This document shows, piece by piece, positions 10,171 to 20,238 of a stretch of 64,000 nt of DNA. The stretch lies in the IMG/VR virus record IMGVR_UViG_3300038825_001395. One strand, written 5' to 3'. Source of the stretch: an uncultured virus (IMG/VR IMGVR_UViG_3300038825_001395). Its lineage: Duplodnaviria > Heunggongvirae > Uroviricota > Caudoviricetes. The notes below the pieces were generated by a model. The model was not told the origin of the DNA. It saw only the letters and a list, made by a program, of their open reading frames with translations, and searched no databases. The position numbers were made by a program, and so were the translations under genes. Positions within the stretch are counted from its first letter, which is position 1. The number at the start of each line of letters is the position of its first letter.

Positions 10171-11078
10171 CTTACAATTTTGTCTTTAATGAACTTTATT
10201 ATGTCACCTTTTGGTTTCCAACCTAACACATCCCTAGCTTTTGTATCTTCATTTAATGTTTCTCTCATTTCACCAGGTCTTGCTGGTATATACTCAACTT
10301 CTGTCTCTCCAAAAGCATCTACTAAATCAAGAATAGAATAATTCTTACCGTTACCCAACTCAAATGATTGCCCATTTACATCACCATTACCCCAAACATC
10401 TAAATGAGCTTCTCCACATCTAATTAAACCGTCAACAATATCACCGACATGAGTAAAGTCTCTTCTCTGTTCTCCATCACCTGTAACTGTTAGAGCTTTT
10501 CCTTCTTCATACAACCTTTCAAAAATACCTAACACATTGCAGTAAGCACCCTCTGTTGCTTGGTGTTCACCATAAACATTGTAAAACCTACATACAGAAG
10601 TTGGTAAGTCGTATATCTTATTGTATAAATTCAATAAATGTTCATTCTGCCACTTAGTAAATGTATAAGGGTTTGCGTAAACATCACCAGTTACAGAAGA
10701 AGAACCAGCATAAATCACAGGTGTCTCCCAATGTCTAGCCCACTCTAAAACATTTATTGTTGTCATCGGACCTGATTTAAATGTATCAACTGGTTTTTCA
10801 AAAGATGGAACTATTCTTGGAAGTGCAGCAAGATGGAATATTATATCAACCGGTTCGATTTGGCAATCACAGGTAGTATCACAATCGTCTTCACTCCATA
10901 GAGCCCACCAAATACTATCTGATAAGTCTTTGTCATAATATTGACAACCTTTTTGTTCATTCTCTTTCTTACCTGTGGAGTAATTATCTACTGAAATGAC
11001 CTCATATCCGTCTTTCATTAATCTTTTTATTAAGTTAGTGCCTACAAATCCAGCACCACCTGTAACTAAGGCTTTCAT
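10167..11078 (-). CDS. NAD-dependent nucleotide-sugar epimerase/dehydratase
   Basis: MKALVTGGAGFVG, YTFTK, RFYNVYG, GDGEQRRDF; start reassigned. Confidence 0.9.
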   Translation of the reverse strand: MKALVTGGAGFVGTNLIKRLMKDGYEVISVDNYSTGKKENEQKGCQYYDKDLSDSIWWALWSEDDCDTTCDCQIEPVDIIFHLAALPRIVPSFEKPVDTFKSGPMTTINVLEWARHWETPVIYAGSSSVTGDVYANPYTFTKWQNEHLLNLYNKIYDLPTSVCRFYNVYGEHQATEGAYCNVLGIFERLYEEGKALTVTGDGEQRRDFTHVGDIVDGLIRCGEAHLDVWGNGDVNGQSFELGNGKNYSILDLVDAFGETEVEYIPARPGEMRETLNEDTKARDVLGWKPKGDIIKFIKDKIVR

Positions 11079-11887
11079 ATATACATTCCTTTTATTGCAT
11101 CCCAAGTTTGTCTCATCATATCTTCCCTACCACCCCTTTGTGGAAAACCACTATAAAACCATATGTAACCATGTTTTATAAAAAAAGGTGTTTCGTCTTG
11201 TTTGAGTTGCCAGTTGTGACTTAGCCAATCAAACCTATGTAAATGATTTAAGTAATAAGATGGTGGTAATTTATGAACGACATTGACATTTTCTATTTGT
11301 AATAGATAGTTATAAACTGGTTGATCTGTTCCTCGTTTTACTTTATCATTTTGTAATATCATTATATCGTCATAATTATCATAATAAAAACTTTTTAGTT
11401 TTTCTAAAAAAGCTTTGTGTTCCTTATCAAATATCTGCCACCCACAACTAGAATATTTTTTTAAATCAAATCTAAAATTTGAATAATGATTTTTAAAAAA
11501 TTCCTCATAACCTGTAACACCTTCATTTACCCACCTAATATTTTCAAGTGACCTAAATAAATTTACCTCGCCATTATTAACGAAATCAAAAAAGTTTGGC
11601 GTATCCCATCTAATGATTGTACAAGCATCTATTAATGCTATCTTATTATAATCTATTTTAGTTCTATCTAATTGGTCAAATAAATCAAACCATCTTTGCC
11701 AAGTTATCTTATGTTTAACATGTTCATCATCAGAAGGCGTGTCATAAATTACAAGTTCAACATTGTTTTTTTCGCACCAATACTCCCAAGATGGGATTGA
11801 ATATTTAAAGTATTTAAATCCACCATGTTTTTTATTTAAGTATTCATGTTGACTTGCTGCTGCTATTAGGAATACAACATTTTTCAT
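11075..11887 (-). CDS. GT-A (GT8-like) glycosyltransferase, paralog of 9424-10170
   Basis: Shared SWxxWC, KITWQR, GTDQ motifs. Confidence 0.7.
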   Translation of the reverse strand: MKNVVFLIAAASQHEYLNKKHGGFKYFKYSIPSWEYWCEKNNVELVIYDTPSDDEHVKHKITWQRWFDLFDQLDRTKIDYNKIALIDACTIIRWDTPNFFDFVNNGEVNLFRSLENIRWVNEGVTGYEEFFKNHYSNFRFDLKKYSSCGWQIFDKEHKAFLEKLKSFYYDNYDDIMILQNDKVKRGTDQPVYNYLLQIENVNVVHKLPPSYYLNHLHRFDWLSHNWQLKQDETPFFIKHGYIWFYSGFPQRGGREDMMRQTWDAIKGMYI

Positions 11888-11905
11888 TTAATAAAACCTA
11901 TTTTG

Positions 11906-11944
11906 TATATACATAAATATAAACTATTTTATCAAAAACTTCAA
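11906..11944 (-). promoter_or_regulatory. Promoter TTGAAG-17-TATATT overlapping an ATATTTAT motif
   Basis: -35 at 11939-11944 contains the upstream TGA stop; 20 bp identical to 18681-18700. Confidence 0.6.
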
Positions 11945-13488
11945 GTATTTTTTATTTTTATGTTTAATTTATTTCCTATACCCTTTCCACTTTTTAAAGA
12001 AAAGCACCAGTCATGATGAGGACAATAAAGATTTTCACCTTCAATTCTTCCGTTAGATAAATCACCTAGTGCATGAGGACAATACCTTTGAATCTCTAGC
12101 CTCTGACCATTGATTTCTTTAATGAATGTTTCTTGAAGTTTTTTATCCCTTTCCATCAATTTATGATGTTTCTCCAAATATCGAAAACAGTCCTCGTCAG
12201 CAAATTTTAAGAAATTGATTAATAGTTGGTCAAATTCATCAGGCTTTCGAAAGACTTTAAATCTAAAACTTAAAAACAAATCTTCCCAAAATAATTCTTT
12301 TTTAAAAATTAAGTTTAAATATTTAGCATCTATATCGAACTTATACCAATATTGCTCAGACCATAAAGCCTGAGTGGTGTGGTATTGACTAACACTATTA
12401 CTAACTTTTGAAAAGTCAATTAATATTTGTTCTCTAATAGAACCGAAAACATTTATCAATAACTTACCTTTACTATTTTCTCTAAAAAATTTATTTGATT
12501 CTATTAATGGTTCAAAATAATTTTTACAATCTGTCAACAAACTAGTTTGAGTTGGCTCAGAAATTTTTTGCATGCTTTCTTTTATTATCTTTGTTCTTCT
12601 GTCTTTATATTTTTTTAAATAATTTCTCTTGTCAGAATAAAACTCCTTTTTCAAATTATTTTCAGATATTAGTTCACAATTGTCTTTTGTAATCTCATCG
12701 CCTGGTGTAACCAATAATATTTGATTATTTAGTTTTGAACTAAGTTTTTCATAAATAAAATCACCGGTCATGAAAATTGAATCTTCAATAAAATTTAAAT
12801 GAAAAAATTCTTCATCCAAGAAACATGGAGGACCTGCACAAGGAATCGAAATATCAGCATTCAAAGCCTTGACCGTATTTTCAGCTTTTTTTAAATATGA
12901 TTTTATCTTACTTTGTCTAATCCTTCTTTGTTCCTCATCCGAATACTCATAAGAATGTGGATGCCATGAGGCGCCTGCTACTTGAAAAAATAAGTAATCC
13001 ACATTATCAAAATTATTATTTATCCACTTTTTATCATCAGTTGACAAATTCATATCATTCGCATTTACTATAACTTCGGAGTCGGTTTTAAAAATCAAAC
13101 ACGCATCATCCCAACCTGGTGTGCAAATAATTGGTGTATACTGAATCCCTTTTAGGTCGATTGTTTTTTTGGTCGGAACTTCTATTATTTCATTATCTAT
13201 GGCATCTGATATTAGATTATAAAATCTTCGGTTTCTGAATTTTGGAATTATTACTTTTACTTTATCATTTAGTGTTTTCAACCATAGTGGATCGAAGTGG
13301 TCTTGGTGTTCATGTGAAATACAAACAAAGTCTAACTCATCTTTCCATGTCATATCAATTTGACTATTATCAGGAAATTGATGCCAATTATGTAAAAACG
13401 CACCAGTCTTTGAGAACCAAGGATCAGTAACTATTGAAACATAATTACTCTTTATGTAAATACACGCATGTCCTAAAAATTTTATCAA
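11941..13488 (-). CDS. Metallo-beta-lactamase-fold protein with C-terminal Rieske [2Fe-2S] domain (CMP-Neu5Ac hydroxylase-related)
   Basis: LGHAC, TDPWF, SHEHQDH, PCAGPPCFLD; Rieske ligands CPH and CPHH; probable TTG start overlapping the upstream TGA. Confidence 0.8.
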   Translation of the reverse strand: MIKFLGHACIYIKSNYVSIVTDPWFSKTGAFLHNWHQFPDNSQIDMTWKDELDFVCISHEHQDHFDPLWLKTLNDKVKVIIPKFRNRRFYNLISDAIDNEIIEVPTKKTIDLKGIQYTPIICTPGWDDACLIFKTDSEVIVNANDMNLSTDDKKWINNNFDNVDYLFFQVAGASWHPHSYEYSDEEQRRIRQSKIKSYLKKAENTVKALNADISIPCAGPPCFLDEEFFHLNFIEDSIFMTGDFIYEKLSSKLNNQILLVTPGDEITKDNCELISENNLKKEFYSDKRNYLKKYKDRRTKIIKESMQKISEPTQTSLLTDCKNYFEPLIESNKFFRENSKGKLLINVFGSIREQILIDFSKVSNSVSQYHTTQALWSEQYWYKFDIDAKYLNLIFKKELFWEDLFLSFRFKVFRKPDEFDQLLINFLKFADEDCFRYLEKHHKLMERDKKLQETFIKEINGQRLEIQRYCPHALGDLSNGRIEGENLYCPHHDWCFSLKSGKGIGNKLNIKIKNT

Positions 13489-14276
13489 GCTCGTAAATAT
13501 TGCGTTATTGTTTTTATCCACAAGTCTTTTAAGTCATCACCTCTTGTTGTTCCCCTACCATAATGATACACAAAAGGTTTATCATTTATCCAACCTTGCT
13601 CTCCGTGTGGTAAATCTAAAACATGATATTTTGTTAATTCCCTTTGGTTTAAACTATTCTCACAAATATAAAACTTTTTATTCTTCTGTCTTGCCCATAA
13701 TGACAATAATCCTAAAGTATCTTTGTAATGAATATTAGGGTACAAATCACCTTTTTCAAACAAGTAATCGGAATCAAATATTGATCGTTTCATTACCGAC
13801 CATTGTGGTAAATTTGCTTGGTCAATATCATGTCTCCAAGCATAACATACAAATTCGTTTTCTTCTAACATCGGTAATATATCATCTGTCCACTCATTTA
13901 AAAACACAACATCAGTTTGTATAAAACTGACATACTTACTCTTTCCAGCAAGTAAACCTATTTTAAGACCTTCTGCGAGTGAATAACTTGCTAAATGAAC
14001 TTTTCTTCTATCATGTTTTGTGTGTATCCAAGGATCTTCTATGTCCTTTTCTAATCCAGGAATAGAACTATCAGGTAATTGTTCAACTCCTTTGACTATA
14101 TGAACATTGTCTTTTTCTTTAAACAAATCACTCAGCACTAACATATCACGGTCATCACCATTATTTACAACATAAACTTTATATGGTATCTTAACAAATT
14201 TTTCTATACTTTCCAATACAATTTTTACTAAATCTGGAGTTTTCCAATTAACTGTAATAAAATCAATGTTAGACAT
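13485..14276 (-). CDS. Glycosyltransferase family 2-like
   Basis: IDFITVNWKT, VVNNG, QTDVVF; start reassigned to MSNIDF. Confidence 0.7.
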   Translation of the reverse strand: MSNIDFITVNWKTPDLVKIVLESIEKFVKIPYKVYVVNNGDDRDMLVLSDLFKEKDNVHIVKGVEQLPDSSIPGLEKDIEDPWIHTKHDRRKVHLASYSLAEGLKIGLLAGKSKYVSFIQTDVVFLNEWTDDILPMLEENEFVCYAWRHDIDQANLPQWSVMKRSIFDSDYLFEKGDLYPNIHYKDTLGLLSLWARQKNKKFYICENSLNQRELTKYHVLDLPHGEQGWINDKPFVYHYGRGTTRGDDLKDLWIKTITQYLRA

Positions 14277-14871
14277 ATTCAATTCCTTGTTTAATTTTAT
14301 CTTTTTTTGTTTCAAAATAATTATAACCATCATCCAATGCTGTTTGTCTTTTTCTACCTTCTAAATTTAAAGAAACTTGAATACCATGTGTTACAGCTTG
14401 TGAAAAATCCCAATAATCAGAGTGTCGTGTTCTCGTATACAACCAAGGATGAATAGCAGTTAGTCCACATATTCTCATTAATGCAGTTAAAGTCCTTTCA
14501 TCAAACAAACAATAATGAAATTCAAAATCATATGTTTGACCACCAACTAAAGGACCTAAAACATTTTCTAATTTATCTGTCTTGTCATATATTTCAAGAG
14601 CACTTTTAAATGATGGAACTGAAATTCTGACTATACCATCTACCTTAACAACTCTAACCCATTCTTTAAGAACTCTTTCCACATCGTTTCTTGGATAGTG
14701 CTCTAATATATGAGACGCATAAATCATATCAAACGTATTATCGTCAAATTGAGAAAGGTCATCGGCTGAACTAACATGGTCTACACCATCAAAGTCTCTC
14801 CCATCAAGATTTTCAAACGGTGGTGGTAAAATGTTAGGACCACATCCTATATGTAAAAATCTGTTACTCAT
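14269..14871 (-). CDS. SAM-dependent methyltransferase (type 11-like)
   Basis: LHIGCG, YASHILEH, RVVKVDGIVRISVP. Confidence 0.85.
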   Translation of the reverse strand: MSNRFLHIGCGPNILPPPFENLDGRDFDGVDHVSSADDLSQFDDNTFDMIYASHILEHYPRNDVERVLKEWVRVVKVDGIVRISVPSFKSALEIYDKTDKLENVLGPLVGGQTYDFEFHYCLFDERTLTALMRICGLTAIHPWLYTRTRHSDYWDFSQAVTHGIQVSLNLEGRKRQTALDDGYNYFETKKDKIKQGIEYV

Positions 14872-15742
14872 TTAAATACCTATTAGTTTTTTCTAACCAT
14901 TCTACCAAAGAAGATTCAGGCCTATAAGCTCCTCTCGTTTGATGAAGAAGAAATGGTTTGTTATTTATCCAAGCTTGTTCAGCGTCGGCTATATCTATGA
15001 CATGCTCCTTCGAGGACATATGCCAATCTGAAACATGTCTTTTACGAATTCTATAAGCTATTCTTTTATTTTCATTCCAATATGAATTTTTGCATATATA
15101 AAAATCATAATCATTTTGTTGTGCAAAATATGTTATGTTACCCCAAATATCTCTATAATCACAATTTGGATATAAATCATGTTCTTCCATCATATTTCTC
15201 TTCATTAACCAAAACATAGGTCTTGCCATACCTAACTCAGGTTTAGGATTTTTAGCCTCTTTAAATAAATTACCAGGATCCCATCTGTTCGATATGAAAA
15301 GATATTTGTCTAACATTGGTACGGCATGATCAACCCATTCATTTAAAAATATAGCATCTTGATCCATACAACAAACATATTTTCTTTTACCAACTTTCAT
15401 CCCAATTGCATATCCTAGCTCACCATATTTACTACCAGAAGCAACTTCACAACCATCAATTTTACCTTTAAAAACAATACTACCATTTTGTCTAAAAGTA
15501 CCATCGTTACCTATTATACTTGTTTCTGATTGATCTACACCTTTTAAAATAGTTATCTTATCATCTCCTTCAAATATATCCTCTAATTCTTTTCTTTCTT
15601 TATCTTCATCAACATAATTATTTACTATGTAAATCCCATAGTCTATTCCATTAACATATTTGTGGATACTTTTAACAGCCATTTTCGCATAACTTGGTTT
15701 ACAATGACTAATTATAACAAAATCAATACCTTCTTTATACAT
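14864..15742 (-). CDS. Glycosyltransferase family 2-like, paralog of 13485-14276
   Basis: IDFVIISH, MDQDAIFLNEW, LYPN, FYICKNS. Confidence 0.7.
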   Translation of the reverse strand: MYKEGIDFVIISHCKPSYAKMAVKSIHKYVNGIDYGIYIVNNYVDEDKERKELEDIFEGDDKITILKGVDQSETSIIGNDGTFRQNGSIVFKGKIDGCEVASGSKYGELGYAIGMKVGKRKYVCCMDQDAIFLNEWVDHAVPMLDKYLFISNRWDPGNLFKEAKNPKPELGMARPMFWLMKRNMMEEHDLYPNCDYRDIWGNITYFAQQNDYDFYICKNSYWNENKRIAYRIRKRHVSDWHMSSKEHVIDIADAEQAWINNKPFLLHQTRGAYRPESSLVEWLEKTNRYLNE

Positions 15743-16616
15743 TATATTTCTCCATAAAATAATTAATTGTTTCTTTAATACCATCTTCTAATCGTGTAAA
15801 TTTAAAAGATGGAAAATGGCTTCTAAATAAATCATTAGAACATAGTTTAGTATCAGATGTGTAGCCTTTAGTGTCCCAATTGATTTTTCCCTTATAATTA
15901 AAATGGTCTACCATAATTTCAACTATTTCTCGCACAGAAGCACTCTCATTAGAAGATACTATAAAAGGTTCTGTATATGAAAAATCATCCAATGATAATA
16001 AATTTAAAACCTTGTTAACATCTTTGCCGTAAATAAAGTTTCTCGAAGATTTACCGTTACCCTTTAACTCAATGTCAGTTTTATTTTTAATTGAATCTAT
16101 GAACTTACAAATTAATATGGGTATTACTCCATTATCTTTTTTTTCAACGTTTAAACCATAAGTGTTAGACAACATTGGCGTTATACATTTTATTCCATAC
16201 TGTTCGCTATACAATTTAGAAAGAATGTGTAAAACTCTATTTTTATGAGATTCGGCATAACAAAAATCAGACGGATTAGTTTTCCACAAATATTTTTCAA
16301 CCACAACACCAACTCCTTGAATAGCATTTATAGATGAAACTGATATTATTTTTTTTACTTTACATAATTCTCCAGCTTTGTAAACATTTAAATTAATTGA
16401 TGTATTTTGATGAAAGTGATCTGCTTGGTTTTCACTCATTGTTTTGTGATTTCTTTGATATGCTGCACAATTGACGATTGTATTTATGTTGTTTTCAGAT
16501 ATACATTTGGTGATTTGATCTAAATTATGCAAATCACACGATTTTCTATCGAATTTAAAATCAGCAAAATCAATGTGTGAACCAACCAAACCATTAGAAC
16601 CAAATAAACCTATCAT
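15735..16616 (-). CDS. GDP-L-fucose synthase-like SDR (Fcl/WcaG-like)
   Basis: GSNGLVG, NCAA, NTYG, GVIPILI, GNGKSSRNFIY; catalytic YxxxK looks altered (YAESHK). Confidence 0.7.
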   Translation of the reverse strand: MIGLFGSNGLVGSHIDFADFKFDRKSCDLHNLDQITKCISENNINTIVNCAAYQRNHKTMSENQADHFHQNTSINLNVYKAGELCKVKKIISVSSINAIQGVGVVVEKYLWKTNPSDFCYAESHKNRVLHILSKLYSEQYGIKCITPMLSNTYGLNVEKKDNGVIPILICKFIDSIKNKTDIELKGNGKSSRNFIYGKDVNKVLNLLSLDDFSYTEPFIVSSNESASVREIVEIMVDHFNYKGKINWDTKGYTSDTKLCSNDLFRSHFPSFKFTRLEDGIKETINYFMEKYNV

Positions 16617-17761
16617 AAATATTCTTCCTCTACCCACCTATTACACCAATAAATCACATAATCAATGTCCTCTTCAACCATTCTATTGTGAACTGGCAAA
16701 GATATAAACTTTAACCATTCTGTATCTGCTACCGCATAGTGTCTATTTTGTAATAAAGGTTTGTACATATGAAGTGGTTTGAAATGTACCGATGTGTGTA
16801 TTTTTTTTTCTGCTAAATAATCAATCAAATTATCTCTCGTTACCTTACTACTATAACCACTACCATCTGGTGCTGGATTTATTATTTTTTCTGGTATTCT
16901 TGGACAATAATATTGTACGGTTTCTGAATGTGGTGGTCTTTCAAATATAGGATGTAGTTCCTCATTATATCTTTTTTGCACATGCCTACGAAACTCCAAA
17001 TTAGCTGGTAGTTTTTTCATCTGTTCTAAACAAATAGCAGCTGCTATATCAATCATGTAATACTTGTAACCAAGTATATCTACTTGATAATCCCAAGCAT
17101 ATCCTGGTGTAGCACCACTAGCTCTACTCCAAGTTGATGAAACACCAAACCAAGTCATCTCTCTACATTTTTCAATTAATTCTTTATCATTACTGGTTAT
17201 CATTCCACCGTCACCACACGGCATTGTCTTGACTGCTTGAAATGACCAAACTGCCACATCACCACCTTGTCCAGCACCTGGTGTGTAACAACTATGAGCA
17301 GTATCTTCAAGTATGAACCCACCAAATACTTTTCTTAGAGCTTCGTAATCAGCGGAGACACCAGCTTGATTTACAGCTATCATAACTTCACTATTTGGTT
17401 TCTTATACTTTTCTACATCTTCTGGATCTATACACAATGTATCTCTCTTTACATCAACTATGTTAGTAGTAAACCCATTCCATAATGGAATCATCGCTGT
17501 GGCTATAAAAGATATCGTTGGATTAATAACATCAATACCTTTGAATCCCATAGCTTTCATGACCAAATCTTGACCGTGAGACGCACTTGTGACAGCCACA
17601 GCATATTTGTGACCAACCATTTTTGCAAACTTCTCTTCAAATTCAGCCACTTTAGGACCTTTGCCCCACCATCCACTTTCTATGACTTCTTGAAGAGCCT
17701 GTATCTCTTCTTTCCCACCTTTGGGAGCTAATACCGGTAACATCTTATCTCTAATTTCCAT
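16613..17761 (-). CDS. DegT/DnrJ/EryC1/StrS PLP aminotransferase
   Basis: LEDTAHS, SFQAVKTMPCGDGGM. Confidence 0.92.
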   Translation of the reverse strand: MEIRDKMLPVLAPKGGKEEIQALQEVIESGWWGKGPKVAEFEEKFAKMVGHKYAVAVTSASHGQDLVMKAMGFKGIDVINPTISFIATAMIPLWNGFTTNIVDVKRDTLCIDPEDVEKYKKPNSEVMIAVNQAGVSADYEALRKVFGGFILEDTAHSCYTPGAGQGGDVAVWSFQAVKTMPCGDGGMITSNDKELIEKCREMTWFGVSSTWSRASGATPGYAWDYQVDILGYKYYMIDIAAAICLEQMKKLPANLEFRRHVQKRYNEELHPIFERPPHSETVQYYCPRIPEKIINPAPDGSGYSSKVTRDNLIDYLAEKKIHTSVHFKPLHMYKPLLQNRHYAVADTEWLKFISLPVHNRMVEEDIDYVIYWCNRWVEEEYL

Positions 17762-17978
17762 TATCTTCCTCCGAAAATACTTCCACCATCAAAACATTAT
17801 TATCATTTATCATTATATAACGACCATCCTTACATTTAAATTTAGTAAATTGCCCTTGTTCTATTGATAATGTATCTATCCCATGAATAGTTTTTCTATA
17901 ACCTTCTTTAAAGTGAATTATTTGTGTAACATATCTACCCTCATGTGCAACCGAGGATAATAAATTCTTTTCACTCAT
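17751..17978 (-). CDS. Hypothetical protein
   Basis: 75-aa ORF, translationally coupled. Confidence 0.7.
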   Translation of the reverse strand: MSEKNLLSSVAHEGRYVTQIIHFKEGYRKTIHGIDTLSIEQGQFTKFKCKDGRYIMINDNNVLMVEVFSEEDNGN

Positions 17979-18668
17979 TTATTTTACCCTTATTACATTT
18001 ACATTACTAAAATCACAATCATAATCAGTAGTGGTAACTATGGTAAAGTTCTTTTCTTTTTGTGTAGACAAAAAATTAGTTAAGAAATCTCTCATCATTT
18101 TCGGGTCTTCTCCTCTTGATACCAAGTCAGCTTTAGACTTACCATACGCGTAATCTGATTGATAAAAGTCTAAACCAATGATAAAAATATTCTTTTTACC
18201 ATAATCAATTGTTCCATGAACAACTCCAGCAATACCAGAAGTTGGATATGAATAAGCATATCTTGTATCTCCATCTGGTCTAGTACCTCTCTTAAACATA
18301 TAATCTTTGTGTATATCACTTAATACATATGATGGTATTGTTTTACCATCATACCCTTCGATGGATTGTGCTGAGCCTGGCACAGTTTCTCTTACATATG
18401 GTAGTACCAACTTATTTATTTTGAATTTTTTATAATGACCTCTCTGTATCATTAAAGTTGGTTCATCTGGAACTAAACTTAGAACTTGTGTCATATCTTG
18501 CTCATATAATTTATTACTAACATTTTTTTGCTCTAACTCATCACCAAATCTATTAACAATTATGTACTCGTCAACATTTGGTATCTTGTCGATAAATTTT
18601 AACGACTTACCTCTACATAATATTGCTATACTATTTTCTACTGAATAACTATTTTTGTCAATAACCAT
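17979..18668 (-). CDS. Sialyltransferase-like protein (GT42/Cst or Maf-type fold)
   Basis: IAILCRGKSL; PTSG...YGKKNIFIIGLDFY resembles Cst-II TSG...GYKEIYLSGIDFY; adjacent to neuB. Confidence 0.6.
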   Translation of the reverse strand: MVIDKNSYSVENSIAILCRGKSLKFIDKIPNVDEYIIVNRFGDELEQKNVSNKLYEQDMTQVLSLVPDEPTLMIQRGHYKKFKINKLVLPYVRETVPGSAQSIEGYDGKTIPSYVLSDIHKDYMFKRGTRPDGDTRYAYSYPTSGIAGVVHGTIDYGKKNIFIIGLDFYQSDYAYGKSKADLVSRGEDPKMMRDFLTNFLSTQKEKNFTIVTTTDYDCDFSNVNVIRVK

Positions 18669-18680
18669 TACTTTTTATTA

Positions 18681-18700
18681 TATATACATAAATATAAACT
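18681..18700 (-). promoter_or_regulatory. AGTTTATATTTATGTATATA element, putative phage promoter
   Basis: Exact 20-bp copy of 11906-11925; intergenic. Confidence 0.55.
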
Positions 18701-18730
18701 TTTTTTCATAACTATAAAACTTTTTCAAAA

Positions 18731-19582
18731 CTACCCTCTTAGTTTGTTTCTTATTTCCTTTTCAGATGAAGATACTGTTCTTTCATACTTACCAAGCATT
18801 GTCTGAATATTATTACACCTCTTTTTTAACATATCCATAGCTACGACTTCCAAACTAGATTTTTGATCTGTTCCCCACATATTATGGTCTAAAGTTATAT
18901 GTCTTTCTATTATGTTAGCACCTAAAGTAACAGCAACCATACAAGCCTCTAAATCTTGTTCGTGACCAGAATATCCTATTGGGACATTATATTTATCTTG
19001 CATCATTTTTATATTATTTAAATTCAAATCTTCTTCTGGAGCTGGATAGGTTGAATTACAATGTAATAAAGTAAAGTCACTTTTTCCTAAAACATCCACA
19101 GCGTGGTCTATCTCTTCTATCGTGCTCATACCTGTACTTAAAATTATTTGTTTTTTCGTTCCAACTGTTGCTTCTATCAATTCATCATTAGTTAACATAG
19201 CAGATGGTATCTTTATAAATGGTACATCATAGTTTGATATAAAGTTTACACTATCTATATCCCAAACTGATACTGTCCAATCCATCGGTTTTTCTTTACA
19301 ATAATCATTAATATAATCATACTCTTCTTTACCAAACTCCACTTTGTGTTTATATTCCAAGTATGTTATTCTACCCCAAGGCGTGTCTCTTATAACATCT
19401 TTTTGGTGGTCTGGCACACACACATCAGGATTTCTCTTTTGGAACTTGACACAATCCCAAGAAGTCGCAAAACTAGCATCAATCAATTTTTTTGTTATGT
19501 CAATATCACCATTGTGATTTATACCAATTTCGGCAATAAAATATAAATCATCTAATGTTTTAAAATTTACCACGATGTCCAC
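18731..19582 (-). CDS. neuB: N-acetylneuraminate/nonulosonate synthase, short form without SAF domain
   Basis: FIAEIGINHNG, VKFQKR, KIPSA, LSTGMS, HCNSTYP, GYSGHE, IERHITLD. Confidence 0.93.
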   Translation of the reverse strand: MDIVVNFKTLDDLYFIAEIGINHNGDIDITKKLIDASFATSWDCVKFQKRNPDVCVPDHQKDVIRDTPWGRITYLEYKHKVEFGKEEYDYINDYCKEKPMDWTVSVWDIDSVNFISNYDVPFIKIPSAMLTNDELIEATVGTKKQIILSTGMSTIEEIDHAVDVLGKSDFTLLHCNSTYPAPEEDLNLNNIKMMQDKYNVPIGYSGHEQDLEACMVAVTLGANIIERHITLDHNMWGTDQKSSLEVVAMDMLKKRCNNIQTMLGKYERTVSSSEKEIRNKLRG

Positions 19583-20238
19583 CCCCCATCTATTTTTAAG
19601 TTTTCACCAGTCATATAGCTGGACTCCTTTGAGCATAAAAAACTCAACAAACCATTTAGTTCACCAACCCTCATCATTCTTTTCATAGGAGCGTGATTAC
19701 TATACTGTTGAATAAATTCTTCATCTTGATTAAATTCAACTCCGCCAGGAGAAACACAGTTCACTCTAATATTAGGAGCTAAATGTACGGCTAAATGTTT
19801 AGTCAATTGTATTACTCCAGCTTTAGATACACCATATCCAATGTGTTTTTCACCATTCGTATACATACTTGGTATTGGAGAACCACAACCATATGTTGAA
19901 GAAAAATTAACAATAGAACCTTTGTTGTTATTTCTAGCAAATTCTCTACATACAGAAAATAAAGATGTTAAGTTTACCTTTAAGTAATCGTCAAAAGAAT
20001 CTAAAGATATATCAAATAATGTCTCACCACCATCCTTACTTATGTGATGATTTAAAGCAAATACATTGATTAAATAATCAGCTTTATTTTCTTTGAAAAA
20101 ATCTTTTACAAAAGACTCATCGTTTAAGTCGTGACCAAGTGATAAATCACATTCTTTTACTCTATCAGTTTTTTTGAAATAAGATGTAACTTCAGTACCT
20201 ATTAGACCAGATGAACCTGTTATTATTATATCTCTCAT
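19567..20238 (-). CDS. Short-chain dehydrogenase (PtmA-like)
   Basis: ITGSSGLIG, YGVSKAG, RVNCVSPGG, DGGW. Confidence 0.85.
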   Translation of the reverse strand: MRDIIITGSSGLIGTEVTSYFKKTDRVKECDLSLGHDLNDESFVKDFFKENKADYLINVFALNHHISKDGGETLFDISLDSFDDYLKVNLTSLFSVCREFARNNNKGSIVNFSSTYGCGSPIPSMYTNGEKHIGYGVSKAGVIQLTKHLAVHLAPNIRVNCVSPGGVEFNQDEEFIQQYSNHAPMKRMMRVGELNGLLSFLCSKESSYMTGENLKIDGGWTSW

